A DNA stretch of 64,000 bases from Candidatus Latescibacterota bacterium (GTDB lineage Bacteria; Latescibacterota; UBA2968; UBA8231), in NCBI GenBank assembly GCA_965248355.1, contig OZ252098.1, forward strand, positions 1,536,001 through 1,600,000, written 5' to 3'. Both the position numbers and the translations under genes were made by a program. This document shows positions 18,155-28,266 of the stretch, piece by piece. The notes under the pieces are model-generated. The model worked only from the letters and a program-made list of their open reading frames with translations. It was not told where the DNA came from and did no database searches. Within the stretch, counting starts at the first letter, position 1; each line of letters starts with the position of its first letter.

Positions 18155-21100
18155 GCCGCCACGCCCACGTCGGCGTACCGGTACTCCCGGCCGAAGCTGG
18201 CGGCCAGCTTCTCGGAAGCCCGCTCCAGATCCACCAGGCCCGGCGACCACTCTACCGCCCGCACCTGCTCGGCCACCAGGGAGCACGCGCCCCAGTCCTC
18301 CTCGACCCGGCCGTGGACCTCGAAGGGTCCGCCGCCGAGAACGGCGTCGGTGTATCGCTGGAACACGTCCGGCCACAGGATCACGTCGGCCGTCCCGCTC
18401 CTGTCTTCGAGGGTGAGGAACATCATCGGCTCGCCCGTTCTCTGGACGCCGTGGATGCGCTCGGTGACCTGACGGCCGAAGAGCTTGACGCGCCGTCCCG
18501 TGCAGCGCGGCAGGTCCCCCATGGGCACGGCGCCCCGCGAGGCCGGATGCAGTTCGAGGATCTCGAGCAGATCGCCGGAGAGCATGTAGCCGAGAAGCTC
18601 GAGCTCGTTCAGGCACCGCTGGGCCAGGTTGTAGTCGCCCAGGACGCCCGTCGGGACCTGCCGCGCCGGCGGCTCCATGGCGCCCGTGGCCGCGAACAGG
18701 CCGGCGCTCTCCTCCGGCGCGCCCCGGACGGCATGGAAGGCGTCGTCGAGGAGCCACAGGCTCTCGGGTTGGGTGAGCCCGAAACGGTCGAAGGCGCCCA
18801 CGAGGATCAGCCTTTCGATCTCGGCCTTGTGCAGGCGGATGCGCGAGGCGGATCCGGCCATGCGCTCGACGAAGTCGGCCAGGTCGCGGAAGGCGCCGTG
18901 GCCGCCGCGCTCGGCCTCGATCGCTTCGAGGGCGCCGCCGCGGACGCCGCGCACGTGCATCAGCCCGGGGCGGATCCGGCCGTCGCGTCCGATGTATCTC
19001 AGGCGCGAGTCGCCGATGTCCATGGGCAGGATGCGGCAGCCCCAGCGCCGGGCCTCGTCGAGGTACACGTCGCGGCGGTAGAATCCGTGGCCGTTGCTGA
19101 TCACGGCGGCGAGGAACTGCGCCGGGTAGTGGGCCTTGAGATAGGTGCACTGGAAGGAGAGCTGGGCGTACGTGGCCGAGTGGCTCTTGCAGAAGCTGAA
19201 CCCGGTGAAGGAGCTGACGCGCTCCCAGAGCTCCCGCGCCTGGGGCGCGGTGAGTCCGCTGTGGCTCATGCAGCCAGCGAGGAAATCGCGCTCCGTGCGC
19301 CGCCACTGGGCCTCGGCCGGGGCGCCCTCGTGCAGGGAGTTCATCATCTTGCGGATGCGATCCGCCTGGGCGAAGCTCAGACCCGCCACCTGGTGGCAGA
19401 TCTTGGTCACGTCCTCCTGGAAGACGCACACGTCGTGGGTCCGGCCCAGGATCGCCTCCAGGGCGGGGTGCACGAAGTCCCAGTCCCTGATGCCGGCCTG
19501 GCGCTTGCGCTCCCGCTCGACGTAGGTGGCGGCGTACCGGGAGCCGGCGGGGCGCACGAGGCTGGAGGTGATGGTGATCTCCTCGAAGGTCCCGGCCCGG
19601 GCTTTCTTGTTCAGCCGCGTCTGGGCCGGGCTCTCTATGTAGAAGATCCCCCTCGTCCGGCCCTTGCGGATGACGTCCCGCACGGCGCCGTCGGCGCAGC
19701 ACTTGTCCACGTCGACCCCCGGGTCCTCCTCGCCCTGCTCGGCCAGCTGCGCCAGGGCGTCGCGCAGGACCGAGAGCGAGCCGTTGCCGAGGATGTCGAA
19801 CTTGATCAGCCCGAGCTCGTCGATGCCGTTGTGCATGTCGATCTGGGTGATGACGCGGTCTTTCTCGCCGCCGGAGCGCTCGCAGGCGACGTGGCGGCGC
19901 ATGGGCTGATCGGTGATCAGCACGCCGCCCGGGTGCTGGCCCAGGAACCGCGGCTTGCCCCGGATCGTGGCGGCGAGCTCCCACAGGCGGCGGATCCCGG
20001 CGTCGTCGATGCGCGCCTCCCGCGACTTGTGGCTGCGGAGGATGCGGGTGACCTCGTCGTCGGTGTAGCCGTGGACCTTGGCCGTCTCGCGGAAGGCGGC
20101 GCGCCCGCGGAAGTGGTGGGTGGTGCAGGTGACCGCCACGTGCTCCTCGCCCCAGCGCCGGGTGATGAACCTCTGCACCTCGTCGCGCTCGTCCCAGCCG
20201 AAGTCGAGATCGGCGTCGGGCGGCGAGGCGCGGTCCTCGTTGAGGAAGCGCTGGAAGTAGAGGTCGTGGCGGATCGGATCGAGGTCGGAGACGCCGATGT
20301 TGTAGAACGTGATGCTGTTGGCGGCGCTGCCGCGCAGGATCGTGCAGTCCGTGGGCCGGCGGTAGCCGGATGCGAAGCGGCCATTGGCCCAGTCGCGGAT
20401 CTCCTTGACGATCAGGAAGTACGACGGGTAGCCGAGCTTCTCGATCGTCTCCAGCTCCATGCGCTGGATGCGCCGGGCCCGGGCGCAGGTGCCGCGGCCC
20501 CCGTAGTTGCGCTCGAGCCCCGCCCAGGCCAGCCGCTTCAGGTGGCTGGCCGGCGTCTCGCCCGGGGGCACGTCGACGCGCGGCAGGATCCACTCGCCCA
20601 GGGGCAGCTCGATGGAGCCGCACTCCTCGGCGAGGCGCTCGGCGGTGGCCAGGGCCCGGCGGTGGGACGGAAAAGCGGCCGCCATCTGGTCGGCGCTGCG
20701 CAGACAGGCCTGGGGCGAGGCGCACTCCCCGGGCCGCAGGCGCGACAGCGTGGAGTTGAGGCCGATGGCCGTGAGGAGCTGGTGCGTGCGCCACTGCCCG
20801 GGGTCGAGGAAGTAGCAGTCGTTCTGGGCGACCAGGGGCAGGTCCAGGGCCCTGGCGACGGCCTCGAGCTCGCGGCTGCGGCGGCGGGTGGCGGCCGAGT
20901 GGCCGATCAGCTCGCCGTAGAGGCGGTCCCGGTTGGGGGTGCCGGCCAGGACGCCGAGCAGCCCGGGCGAGGCGGTGAGCAGAACGAAGTCGGGCCACTC
21001 GCGGGCGAAGACCTCCTCGAAGCGGAAGCGGTCGGCCTCGAGGTGGCGGCGGGTGACCACCTCGCACAGGTCGGCGTAGCCTTTTGCGTTGCGGGCCAGC

Positions 21101-21441
21101 ACGACGAGGCGCTCCCGCCCGTGCGAGCCGGCGCCGTCGGCCCGCGGCGACATCCCGGCGGCGGCCGGGCCCTCCTCTTTCGGGAGACCCCGCCGGGCGC
21201 GGGCGGCCAGGACCTCTCCGCGGCGCGGCTCGGTCAGCTCGACCCCGAGGACGGGCCGCAGGCCCTGCCGGCGGCACTCCTCGTAGTGGAGGACGAGCCC
21301 CGACATGCGGTCGGTGTCGGTCAGTCCCACGGCCGGCATCCCCAGCTCCCTCGCTCTCCCCACGATTTCGGGAATACCGGGGACGCCGGCGTGGAACGAA
21401 AACGACGAGTGGCAGTGCAGGTGGACGAAGCTCAACCCCAT
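18151..21441 (-). CDS. dnaE2: DNA polymerase III alpha, error-prone DnaE2-type
   Basis: PHP HLHCHSSFS, RGSAANS, catalytic PDADLD, QHPGG, KFDILG, FCKSH and C-terminal OB fold; coupled to a Y-family gene. Confidence 0.9.
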   Translation of the reverse strand: MGLSFVHLHCHSSFSFHAGVPGIPEIVGRARELGMPAVGLTDTDRMSGLVLHYEECRRQGLRPVLGVELTEPRRGEVLAARARRGLPKEEGPAAAGMSPRADGAGSHGRERLVVLARNAKGYADLCEVVTRRHLEADRFRFEEVFAREWPDFVLLTASPGLLGVLAGTPNRDRLYGELIGHSAATRRRSRELEAVARALDLPLVAQNDCYFLDPGQWRTHQLLTAIGLNSTLSRLRPGECASPQACLRSADQMAAAFPSHRRALATAERLAEECGSIELPLGEWILPRVDVPPGETPASHLKRLAWAGLERNYGGRGTCARARRIQRMELETIEKLGYPSYFLIVKEIRDWANGRFASGYRRPTDCTILRGSAANSITFYNIGVSDLDPIRHDLYFQRFLNEDRASPPDADLDFGWDERDEVQRFITRRWGEEHVAVTCTTHHFRGRAAFRETAKVHGYTDDEVTRILRSHKSREARIDDAGIRRLWELAATIRGKPRFLGQHPGGVLITDQPMRRHVACERSGGEKDRVITQIDMHNGIDELGLIKFDILGNGSLSVLRDALAQLAEQGEEDPGVDVDKCCADGAVRDVIRKGRTRGIFYIESPAQTRLNKKARAGTFEEITITSSLVRPAGSRYAATYVERERKRQAGIRDWDFVHPALEAILGRTHDVCVFQEDVTKICHQVAGLSFAQADRIRKMMNSLHEGAPAEAQWRRTERDFLAGCMSHSGLTAPQARELWERVSSFTGFSFCKSHSATYAQLSFQCTYLKAHYPAQFLAAVISNGHGFYRRDVYLDEARRWGCRILPMDIGDSRLRYIGRDGRIRPGLMHVRGVRGGALEAIEAERGGHGAFRDLADFVERMAGSASRIRLHKAEIERLILVGAFDRFGLTQPESLWLLDDAFHAVRGAPEESAGLFAATGAMEPPARQVPTGVLGDYNLAQRCLNELELLGYMLSGDLLEILELHPASRGAVPMGDLPRCTGRRVKLFGRQVTERIHGVQRTGEPMMFLTLEDRSGTADVILWPDVFQRYTDAVLGGGPFEVHGRVEEDWGACSLVAEQVRAVEWSPGLVDLERASEKLAASFGREYRYADVGVAA

Positions 21442-21453
21442 CTCCCGGATAAC

Positions 21454-21490
21454 TGCACATATGTATACCTGGCCTTTGCAACCGGGTCAA
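21454..21490 (-). promoter_or_regulatory. dnaE2 promoter with overlapping palindromic operator candidate
   Basis: Minus strand TTGACC-17 nt-TATACA. The imperfect palindrome TATACATATGTGCA (21454-21467) covers the -10 box and the start site. Confidence 0.65.
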
Positions 21491-21609
21491 GGGAAAAGCA
21501 GCGGCGGGCACGGATGCGCCCGGTCCGCGAGACGGGGGTCCGCGAGAACGGGCGACTACGGGCGACTAACGGTAGGTGGGAGGGTGTCCGGCGGGGCCGG
21601 GCCGCGGGC

Positions 21610-22632
21610 TCAGCCGCCGCCCAGATCGAGGGCCAGGACCCAGATGGGACCGTTGCCCACTTGAAGGACATCCAGAGGAGCCAGATGTCCGGTCTCGTCG
21701 TCGATGCGGTAGGTGGCCAGCTTGCCGGAGCCCTCGCCGAGAGCCAGCAGGTAGGCGCCGTCGGGATCGAGGGTGAAGGAGCGCGGCGTCGGCTCCGTGG
21801 GCGTGTGGCTGATCGGCTCCAGCGCCCCCGTCGATCCGTCGACGGAGAAGGCGGCGATCGAATCGTGGCCGCGGTTGGAGGCGTAGAGGAACTCCCCGGT
21901 GGGAGTGATGCGGATCTCCGCGCCGGTGTTGTCGCCCTCGAAGCCGATGGGCAGAGTCGACACGTTCTGGAACCGCGTCAGCGTCCCCTCGCGGGTATCG
22001 AGCTCATAGGCCGAGACCGAGGAGCTCTGCTCGTTGACGAAGTAGACCACATCCATGGCCGGGTGAAAGCAGAAGTGCCGCGGCCCCTCCCCCGGAGGCG
22101 GCTCGAGCCGCCGCTCCGCCGGGTTCGAGGACAGGCGCCCCGTCTTGTCGTCGAAGCGCAGCTGGTAGATCAGGTTCGGACCGGCCGTGTGGGGCACGAA
22201 GGCGAAGCGGTTGCTGGCGTCGACCTGAATCGAGTGGGCGCGCTCGGCGGTCTTGATGTTCATCACCGCCGGGGTGCCCACGGAACCGTCGCGGCGAATG
22301 GGATGCACCGCGGCCATCCCGGCGCGGTAATACGAGGTGAGCAGGAAGCGGCCGCTGGCGTCGGTGGAGAGGTAGCACGGGTCCGACTCCAGCGGCGCGG
22401 CGCCGAGAGGCGCGAGCCGCCCGCTGCCCTTGTCCAGGCGAAAGGCGGCGGCCTGGCGGGCGCCCCGCAGGCCAGCGTACAAAAACCGCTGCTGCGGGTC
22501 GACGCACAGGGGGCCGGGGCCGGGGCCGGCGGCAACGATGGCGTACGAGTCGAGGGCTCCCGTCTCGGGGTCCATGGCGTAGACGTTGATGCGGTCCTCG
22601 GCGCTGAGCGATACGTATACGTAGTACGGCAT
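21610..22632 (-). CDS. pgl: Lactonase family 7-bladed propeller (6-phosphogluconolactonase-like)
   Basis: AHSI, GPRHFCFHP, YASNRGHDSIA and PRSFTLDP motifs of the YbhE/Pgl family. Confidence 0.88.
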   Translation of the reverse strand: MPYYVYVSLSAEDRINVYAMDPETGALDSYAIVAAGPGPGPLCVDPQQRFLYAGLRGARQAAAFRLDKGSGRLAPLGAAPLESDPCYLSTDASGRFLLTSYYRAGMAAVHPIRRDGSVGTPAVMNIKTAERAHSIQVDASNRFAFVPHTAGPNLIYQLRFDDKTGRLSSNPAERRLEPPPGEGPRHFCFHPAMDVVYFVNEQSSSVSAYELDTREGTLTRFQNVSTLPIGFEGDNTGAEIRITPTGEFLYASNRGHDSIAAFSVDGSTGALEPISHTPTEPTPRSFTLDPDGAYLLALGEGSGKLATYRIDDETGHLAPLDVLQVGNGPIWVLALDLGGG

Positions 22633-22689
22633 TCCCTCTCCCTAGAGGTCGAAAAACGGCTTCGGGCGGAAGGCCCGGGTCGGGCCGGG

Positions 22690-22953
22690 CTACCGCCGTC
22701 TCCGACGGCGCTTGGGACGGAAGGGGCGCTTCCCCTGCTGAAACTCGCTGATGCCGAGCGAATGGCCCAGAAGCTCCTGGCCGTCGAGGTTCGTGATCGC
22801 CTCCTTGGCGGCCGACTTGCTCGGCATGTCCACGAGGCCCCGGCCCCGTTCCCTCTGGATCTCCACGGCCGCGACCTTCCCGAAGATCTCGAAGAGCGTG
22901 CGCAGGTCGTCCTCGGTGGCGGCGCTGGACAGGTTGTCGACGGCGAGTCTCAT
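22690..22953 (-). CDS. RRM RNA-binding protein with Arg-rich tail
   Basis: LAVDNL (RNP2), RGRGLVDM (RNP1), AITNLDG; C-terminal RPKRRRRRR. Confidence 0.85.
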   Translation of the reverse strand: MRLAVDNLSSAATEDDLRTLFEIFGKVAAVEIQRERGRGLVDMPSKSAAKEAITNLDGQELLGHSLGISEFQQGKRPFRPKRRRRRR

Positions 22954-23111
22954 TGAATTCCTTCTCCGGCGCCCGGCGTGCTGGCGGAATGGCGGGGGAA
23001 GCAGCAGGGGCGGCGGCGGATGACGGCCGCCTGGAAGCAGGCGGCCACAAGAACCTTACCAATATAAGGGCCGGGGCCGGGGCCTCCAAGGTCCGGGGCC
23101 GGCGGCGGGCC

Positions 23112-24437
23112 TCAACCCCCGCCGGCCCCGGCGATGCAGTAGAGGTGCGTGGCCGTGCGGATGAACAGCTGCGAGCCGGCCACCGCGGGCGAGGACAAGG
23201 TGAACGATCCGTCGAGGGCGTTGGTGGCCAGGTGCCCGTACTCGGCGGCGGCGGCCAGCACCGTGGTGACCCCGTCCTCGTTGAGCACGTAGAGCTTGCC
23301 GTCGGCCACCACCGGCGAGGCGCTGACCCGGCCCTGGGCGGTGCGCACCGGCCCCCACACCACCCGGCCGGTGCGCGCGTCGAGGGCGGTCACCAGGCCG
23401 CGGTCGTCGACCATGTAGAAGTGCGTTCCGTCGCAGGCGGCGGTGGGCACGTCGGGGGCGCCGGCCCCCTCCCAGCGCCAGGCCAGATCGCCCTGGGCGA
23501 TGCGCCCCCCCTCGCCGACGCGGAAGGCCAGCAGCGGCTTCCGGCGGCTCTGGGCGTAGACCATGCCGCCCACGGCGATCGGCGATCCGACGATGCGGAA
23601 GTTGCCCTCTTTCCCCGGGTTCAGACCGCCCACCCGCCACAGCTCGCGGCCCGAGCCCGGGTCGTGGCCGGTGAGGTAGTCGGCGCCGGCCACGACGATC
23701 TGCGCGCCGTCGCCGGTGCGCAGCACGGCCGGGGTCGTGTACGCGTCGGGCGACTCCCCTGGCGCGTCGGTGGGCCGCTCGACGCGCCAGGCCAGATCGC
23801 CGGAGGCACCGTCGAAGGCGGCGAGGTACGACGGCGCGTCGGTGCGCATCCCGTGCAGGACCTCGACGATGAGCCGTCCGTCGTGCAGGGCCGGCGAGGA
23901 GGCGTAGCCCCACATGAGACCGAAGGCCCCGAACTCGGCCTGCAGGTCCCGCCGCCAGACCGGCTTCCCCTCCACGGTGAAGGCGGCGACCACACCGGTG
24001 CCGGTGACGGCCCAGACGTGGCGCCCGTCGGTGACCGGCGAGGGCGAGGTGTTGTTGTGCTTGCGCCAAGTGCGGTTGCCCCCCGCGAGGACGGCGCGCC
24101 ACAGCTCCTTCCCGTCGGCCCGCGACAGGCACAGCAGCAGCAGGTCGTCGCCCCCGGGATGGCGCTTGCTGCGGCGGCCTTCCTCCGGGGGCGCCGCCCC
24201 GGCTTCCGGCTCGGAGGGAGAGGTGACGAAGACGCGGTCACCCCAGACGATGGGGGTGCCGCCGCTCCAGGAGGGCAGCGGGCTCTTCCACAGGATGCCC
24301 TCGGCGGCGCTCCACTGCGACGGCAGGCCGGTGGCCGCGCTGACCCCGTTCTGGAGAGGTCCGCGCCACTGGGGCCAGTTCTCGGAAGCGGCACCGACGG
24401 AGACGGCGGCCAGCAGGATGCAGGGGAGGGTTCGCAT
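23112..24437 (-). CDS. Secreted PQQ-like (BamB-like) beta-propeller protein
   Basis: ATG 24437, signal peptide, ENWPQWRGP, repeated SP/TP-xx-G and G..xW blade motifs. Confidence 0.88.
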   Translation of the reverse strand: MRTLPCILLAAVSVGAASENWPQWRGPLQNGVSAATGLPSQWSAAEGILWKSPLPSWSGGTPIVWGDRVFVTSPSEPEAGAAPPEEGRRSKRHPGGDDLLLLCLSRADGKELWRAVLAGGNRTWRKHNNTSPSPVTDGRHVWAVTGTGVVAAFTVEGKPVWRRDLQAEFGAFGLMWGYASSPALHDGRLIVEVLHGMRTDAPSYLAAFDGASGDLAWRVERPTDAPGESPDAYTTPAVLRTGDGAQIVVAGADYLTGHDPGSGRELWRVGGLNPGKEGNFRIVGSPIAVGGMVYAQSRRKPLLAFRVGEGGRIAQGDLAWRWEGAGAPDVPTAACDGTHFYMVDDRGLVTALDARTGRVVWGPVRTAQGRVSASPVVADGKLYVLNEDGVTTVLAAAAEYGHLATNALDGSFTLSSPAVAGSQLFIRTATHLYCIAGAGGG

Positions 24438-24650
24438 GGGAGGCCTTCTCTTCTGTTGGGGGCAGCTCTGCCCGAAAGGTAGGATACGGAGGTTCGCGAG
24501 ACCCGGCCGACCAACGAGGGCCCCTGCCCAGGGAGGAATCCCCGGCCTCGTTGCGGATCGTCCGAACGTATTCGGCAGGCGGGCTCGGCCGCGTCCCATC
24601 CGAATCGATCGCGTGGCAGGTTTCCTTCTCGGAGGGTATCTTCCAGCGCC

Positions 24651-26846
24651 ATGAAACTCACACCACCCGCGAAGCTTTTCGCCGTCCTTTGCCCGATCCT
24701 GCTGGCCGCCCCCGGCTGGGGCGCCTGGCCCGGGTGGCGCGGGCCCTTCCAGAACGGCACCGCCCGGGACACGGGCCTCGTCGATTCCTGGACGCCGGGC
24801 GGCCCCGGCCAGGCCTGGAGGGCCGACTTCACCGGCCGCTCCACCCCCGTCGTCGTCGATGGCCGGGTCTTCGTCATGGGCCGCGCCGGCCGAGGCGTCA
24901 CCGCCCAGGAGCGGGTCGCCGCCTTCGACGCGGCCACCGGGGAGCTGCTGTGGGAGGACCGCTTCAACGTCTTCCACACGACCATCCCCTTCAACCGCGT
25001 CGGCTGGGCCAGCCTGGCCGTCGATCCGCAGACCGGACGCCTCTACGCCCACGGCGTGCAGGGGCTGCTGCGCTGCTACAGCCGCGACGGCGAGCTGCTA
25101 TGGGAGCGCTCGCTCACCGAGGAGTTCGGCCGCATCTCCGGGTACGGCGGCCGGGTGCAGACGCCGGTCGTCGCCGACGGCTTGGTGATCGTCAACTTCC
25201 TCAGCAGCGGCTGGGGCGCCCACGGCGTCCCCCGCGACCGCTACTTCGCCTTCGACAAGGAGACGGGCCAGGTCGTCTGGGTCTCCGCCCCGGGCGGGCG
25301 CCCCCTCGACACGACCTACTCCACGCCCGTGGTCGCCGACATCGGGGGCCAGCGGCTCGTCGTCGCCGGCAACGCCGACGGCTCGGTCTACGCCATGCGC
25401 CTGGCCACGGGGGAGAAGGTCTGGGGCTTCCGGCTGAGCCGGCGCGGCCTCAACGCCGCCGTCGTGGTCGGCGGCGACCGTGTCTACGCCAGCCACGGCG
25501 AGGAGAACGTCGACGGCAACACCATGGGACGCGTGGTCTGCATCGACGGCCGCGGCCGCGGGGACGTGACCGCCACCCACGAGCTGTGGCGCTACGACGC
25601 CCTGTGCGGCTACGCCTCGCCGGCGCTGGCCGGCGGGGTCCTTTACCTGATCGACAACTCCGGGAACCTGCTCGCCCTCGACGCCGCCAGCGGACGCCGG
25701 CGCTGGCGGCACAATCTCGGCACCGTGGGCCGGGGGTCACCGGTGGTGGCCGACGGCAAGCTCTACGCCACCACGGTGAACGGACGGTTCCACATCGTGC
25801 GCCCCGGGGAGTCCGCCGGCGAGCTGCTCGACAGCGACCAGGTCCTGGCCGCCGACGGCGGCCCCTCGGAGATCTTCGGCTCCCCGGCCGTGGCCCACGG
25901 CCGCGTCTACTTCACCACCGACGAGGGCCTGTACTGCCTCGGCAACGGGGCCCGGCCCCTGGAGAGCGCGAGGCTGGATCCCCCGGCGGCGGAGGGTCCC
26001 CCGGGCGAGGCCGTGGGCCTGCGGCTGGTCCCGGCCGAAAGCACCGTCGAGCCGGGCGGCTCGGTGCGCTTCGAGGCCCGACTCGTGGACGCCATGGAGC
26101 GCTCGGCCGGAGCCGTCGAGGGGGGGACCTGGTCGACGGAGGGTCTGGCGGGCAGCCTCCGGGAGGGCGTGTTCACCGCCGACCCCGGCCCCGACCACGG
26201 CGGCGTGGTCACCCTTTCGGCGGGAGGCTTCACGGGCGGCGCCCGGGTGCGCGTCCTGACGCGGGAGTCGTGGAGGCTCGACTTCGAGGCGGCGGGCGCC
26301 CTCGACAGGGACCGTCCGGCGCCCGGGTACTGGATCGGCTCGGCGGGCGGCAAGTTCCTCATGCGGCGGGTGGAGGGCGGCAACCTGCTCCACAAGCCCC
26401 CGGCCCGCCGCGGCCTGCAGCGCTCCAACGTCTACCTCGGGCCCGCGGACCTGAGCGGCTACACCATCCAGGCTTCCATGATGGGCGCCCGGCACCGGCG
26501 CAACCTCCCCGACATGGGCCTCATCGCCCAGCGCTACACCCTCGATCTGATGGGCAACCACCAGCAGCTCCAGGTCCGTTCCTGGGCCTCCGACCTGCGC
26601 ATGGCCGCCAGCGTCCCCTTCGCCTGGGAGAGCGGCGTCTGGTACACCATGAAGATGCGCGTCGACCTCGGCCCCGAGGGGGCCGTGGTGAGGGGCAAGG
26701 TCTGGCCCCGGCGGGAGCCGGAGCCCGCCGCCTGGACGATCGAGGCCCCCGACCCGCTGCCGAACCGGCAGGGCGCGCCCGGCCTCTACGGGTATTCGGC
26801 CGCCGAGATCTACTACGACGACATCGAATTGGAGATCCATGAATAG
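24651..26846 (+). CDS. Secreted PQQ-like propeller with Ig-like and C-terminal lectin/jelly-roll-like domains
   Basis: Signal peptide, WPGWRGP, propeller repeats, then LVPAESTV Ig-like segment and WYTMKMRV...GKVWP...YYDDIEL beta-sandwich. Confidence 0.85.
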   Translation: MKLTPPAKLFAVLCPILLAAPGWGAWPGWRGPFQNGTARDTGLVDSWTPGGPGQAWRADFTGRSTPVVVDGRVFVMGRAGRGVTAQERVAAFDAATGELLWEDRFNVFHTTIPFNRVGWASLAVDPQTGRLYAHGVQGLLRCYSRDGELLWERSLTEEFGRISGYGGRVQTPVVADGLVIVNFLSSGWGAHGVPRDRYFAFDKETGQVVWVSAPGGRPLDTTYSTPVVADIGGQRLVVAGNADGSVYAMRLATGEKVWGFRLSRRGLNAAVVVGGDRVYASHGEENVDGNTMGRVVCIDGRGRGDVTATHELWRYDALCGYASPALAGGVLYLIDNSGNLLALDAASGRRRWRHNLGTVGRGSPVVADGKLYATTVNGRFHIVRPGESAGELLDSDQVLAADGGPSEIFGSPAVAHGRVYFTTDEGLYCLGNGARPLESARLDPPAAEGPPGEAVGLRLVPAESTVEPGGSVRFEARLVDAMERSAGAVEGGTWSTEGLAGSLREGVFTADPGPDHGGVVTLSAGGFTGGARVRVLTRESWRLDFEAAGALDRDRPAPGYWIGSAGGKFLMRRVEGGNLLHKPPARRGLQRSNVYLGPADLSGYTIQASMMGARHRRNLPDMGLIAQRYTLDLMGNHQQLQVRSWASDLRMAASVPFAWESGVWYTMKMRVDLGPEGAVVRGKVWPRREPEPAAWTIEAPDPLPNRQGAPGLYGYSAAEIYYDDIELEIHE

Positions 26847-28266
26847 ACGGAGCACCGTCCTGGCGGCGGCCGCCCTCGCCGCCGCCCTGCCCTCGGGCGC
26901 GCAGGAGGCCATGTGGGGGCACACGCCGGCCCGCAACATGGTCTCCGAGGCGTCCGGACTGCCGGTCGCGTGGGACGTGGCCACGGGCGAGGGCGTGCTC
27001 TGGTCGGCCCGCCTTGGGTCCCAGACCTACGGCGGCCCCCTGCTGGCCGGCGGCAAGGTCTTCCTGGGCACCAACAACCAGGGCCTGCGCAATCCCGATC
27101 TCACCGGCGACCGGGGCGTGATCATGGCCTTCGCCCGGTCCGGCGCCTTCCTGTGGCAGTCGACCCACACCAAGCTGCCCGCCGGCCGCGTCAACGACTG
27201 GCCGCAGCAGGGGATCTGCTCCACCCCCTACATCGACGGGGACCGCCTCTACTACGTCTCCAACCAGGCGCAGGTGGTCTGCGTCGACACCGAGGGCTTC
27301 GCCGACGCCGAGAACGACGGCCCCCTCACCGGCGAGGCCTCCACCGGCCCCGGCGACGCCGACCTCGTCTGGTCCTTCGACATGATGGAGGAGCTCGACA
27401 TCTTCCCCCACAACCTGGCCACCTGCTCCCCCGCCGGCCTCGGCGACCTGCTCTTCGTGGTCACCTCCAACGGCGTCGACGAGGGCCACGTGCACATCCC
27501 GTCGCCCTTCGCCCCCTCCTTCATCGCCCTGCGCAAGTCCACGGGCGAGCTGGTCTGGGAGGACGCCTCCCCCGGACTGGGGATCCTCCACGGCCAGTGG
27601 TCGAACCCGGCCATCGGGGTGCTCGGCGGACGACCCCAGGTCCTCTTCCCAGGCGGCGACGGCTGGCTCTACGCCTTCGAGCCGGAGACCGGCGAGCCGA
27701 TCTGGAAGTTCGACTGCAACCCCAAGGACTCGGTGTGGAAGCTCGGAGGCCGGGGCACGCGCAACAACCTGATCTCCACGCCGGTCATCGACGGCGACCG
27801 CGTCTACATCGGCGTGGGGCAAGACCCGGAGCACGGCGAGGGCAAGGGCAACCTGTGGTGCATCGACGGCACCGGCACGGGAGACGTGACCGGATCGCAC
27901 GCGGTCTGGCACCGGGGCGGCGAGGACTACAACCGCACCATGTCCACCGTGGCCGTCCGCGACGGCCTGTTGTACACCGCCGATCTGAGCGGCTTCGTCT
28001 ACTGCCTCGACGCCGCCACGGGCGAGAAGCGGTGGACCTACGACACCTTCGCCGCCATCTGGAGCTCTCCCCTCGTGGCCGACGGCAAGGTCTACATCGG
28101 CGACGAGGACGGCGACCTGACCATCTTCCAGGCGGGCTCCGAGCTGGAGGTGATCGCCGAGATCAACATGGGCAGCGCCGTGTACACCACCCCCGCGGCC
28201 TCCGATGGCGTCCTCTACGTGGCCTCGCGCAACACCCTCTTCGCGCTGGGCTCGCCTCGGCCGTGA
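26839..28266 (+). CDS. Secreted PQQ-like beta-propeller protein
   Basis: Signal peptide, MWGHTPARN, SSPLVADGKVYIGDEDG-type repeats; overlaps both neighbours. Confidence 0.88.
   Translation: MNRRSTVLAAAALAAALPSGAQEAMWGHTPARNMVSEASGLPVAWDVATGEGVLWSARLGSQTYGGPLLAGGKVFLGTNNQGLRNPDLTGDRGVIMAFARSGAFLWQSTHTKLPAGRVNDWPQQGICSTPYIDGDRLYYVSNQAQVVCVDTEGFADAENDGPLTGEASTGPGDADLVWSFDMMEELDIFPHNLATCSPAGLGDLLFVVTSNGVDEGHVHIPSPFAPSFIALRKSTGELVWEDASPGLGILHGQWSNPAIGVLGGRPQVLFPGGDGWLYAFEPETGEPIWKFDCNPKDSVWKLGGRGTRNNLISTPVIDGDRVYIGVGQDPEHGEGKGNLWCIDGTGTGDVTGSHAVWHRGGEDYNRTMSTVAVRDGLLYTADLSGFVYCLDAATGEKRWTYDTFAAIWSSPLVADGKVYIGDEDGDLTIFQAGSELEVIAEINMGSAVYTTPAASDGVLYVASRNTLFALGSPRP

Noticed and set aside
16901..21511. 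1536-aa DnaE2-ImuB fusion suggested by the ORF track
   Set aside because: The upstream part is an off-frame overlap of dnaE2; the Y-family gene begins at the GTGA overlap near 18154.
21550..21570. Short tandem repeat CGGGCGACTA x2
   Set aside because: Two copies only, with no spacers or cas genes; not a CRISPR array or a supportable element.
23112..28266. PQQ-dependent dehydrogenases or true bamB
   Set aside because: Only generic propeller repeats; no quinoprotein active-site motifs, pqq genes, lipobox or bam context recognised.
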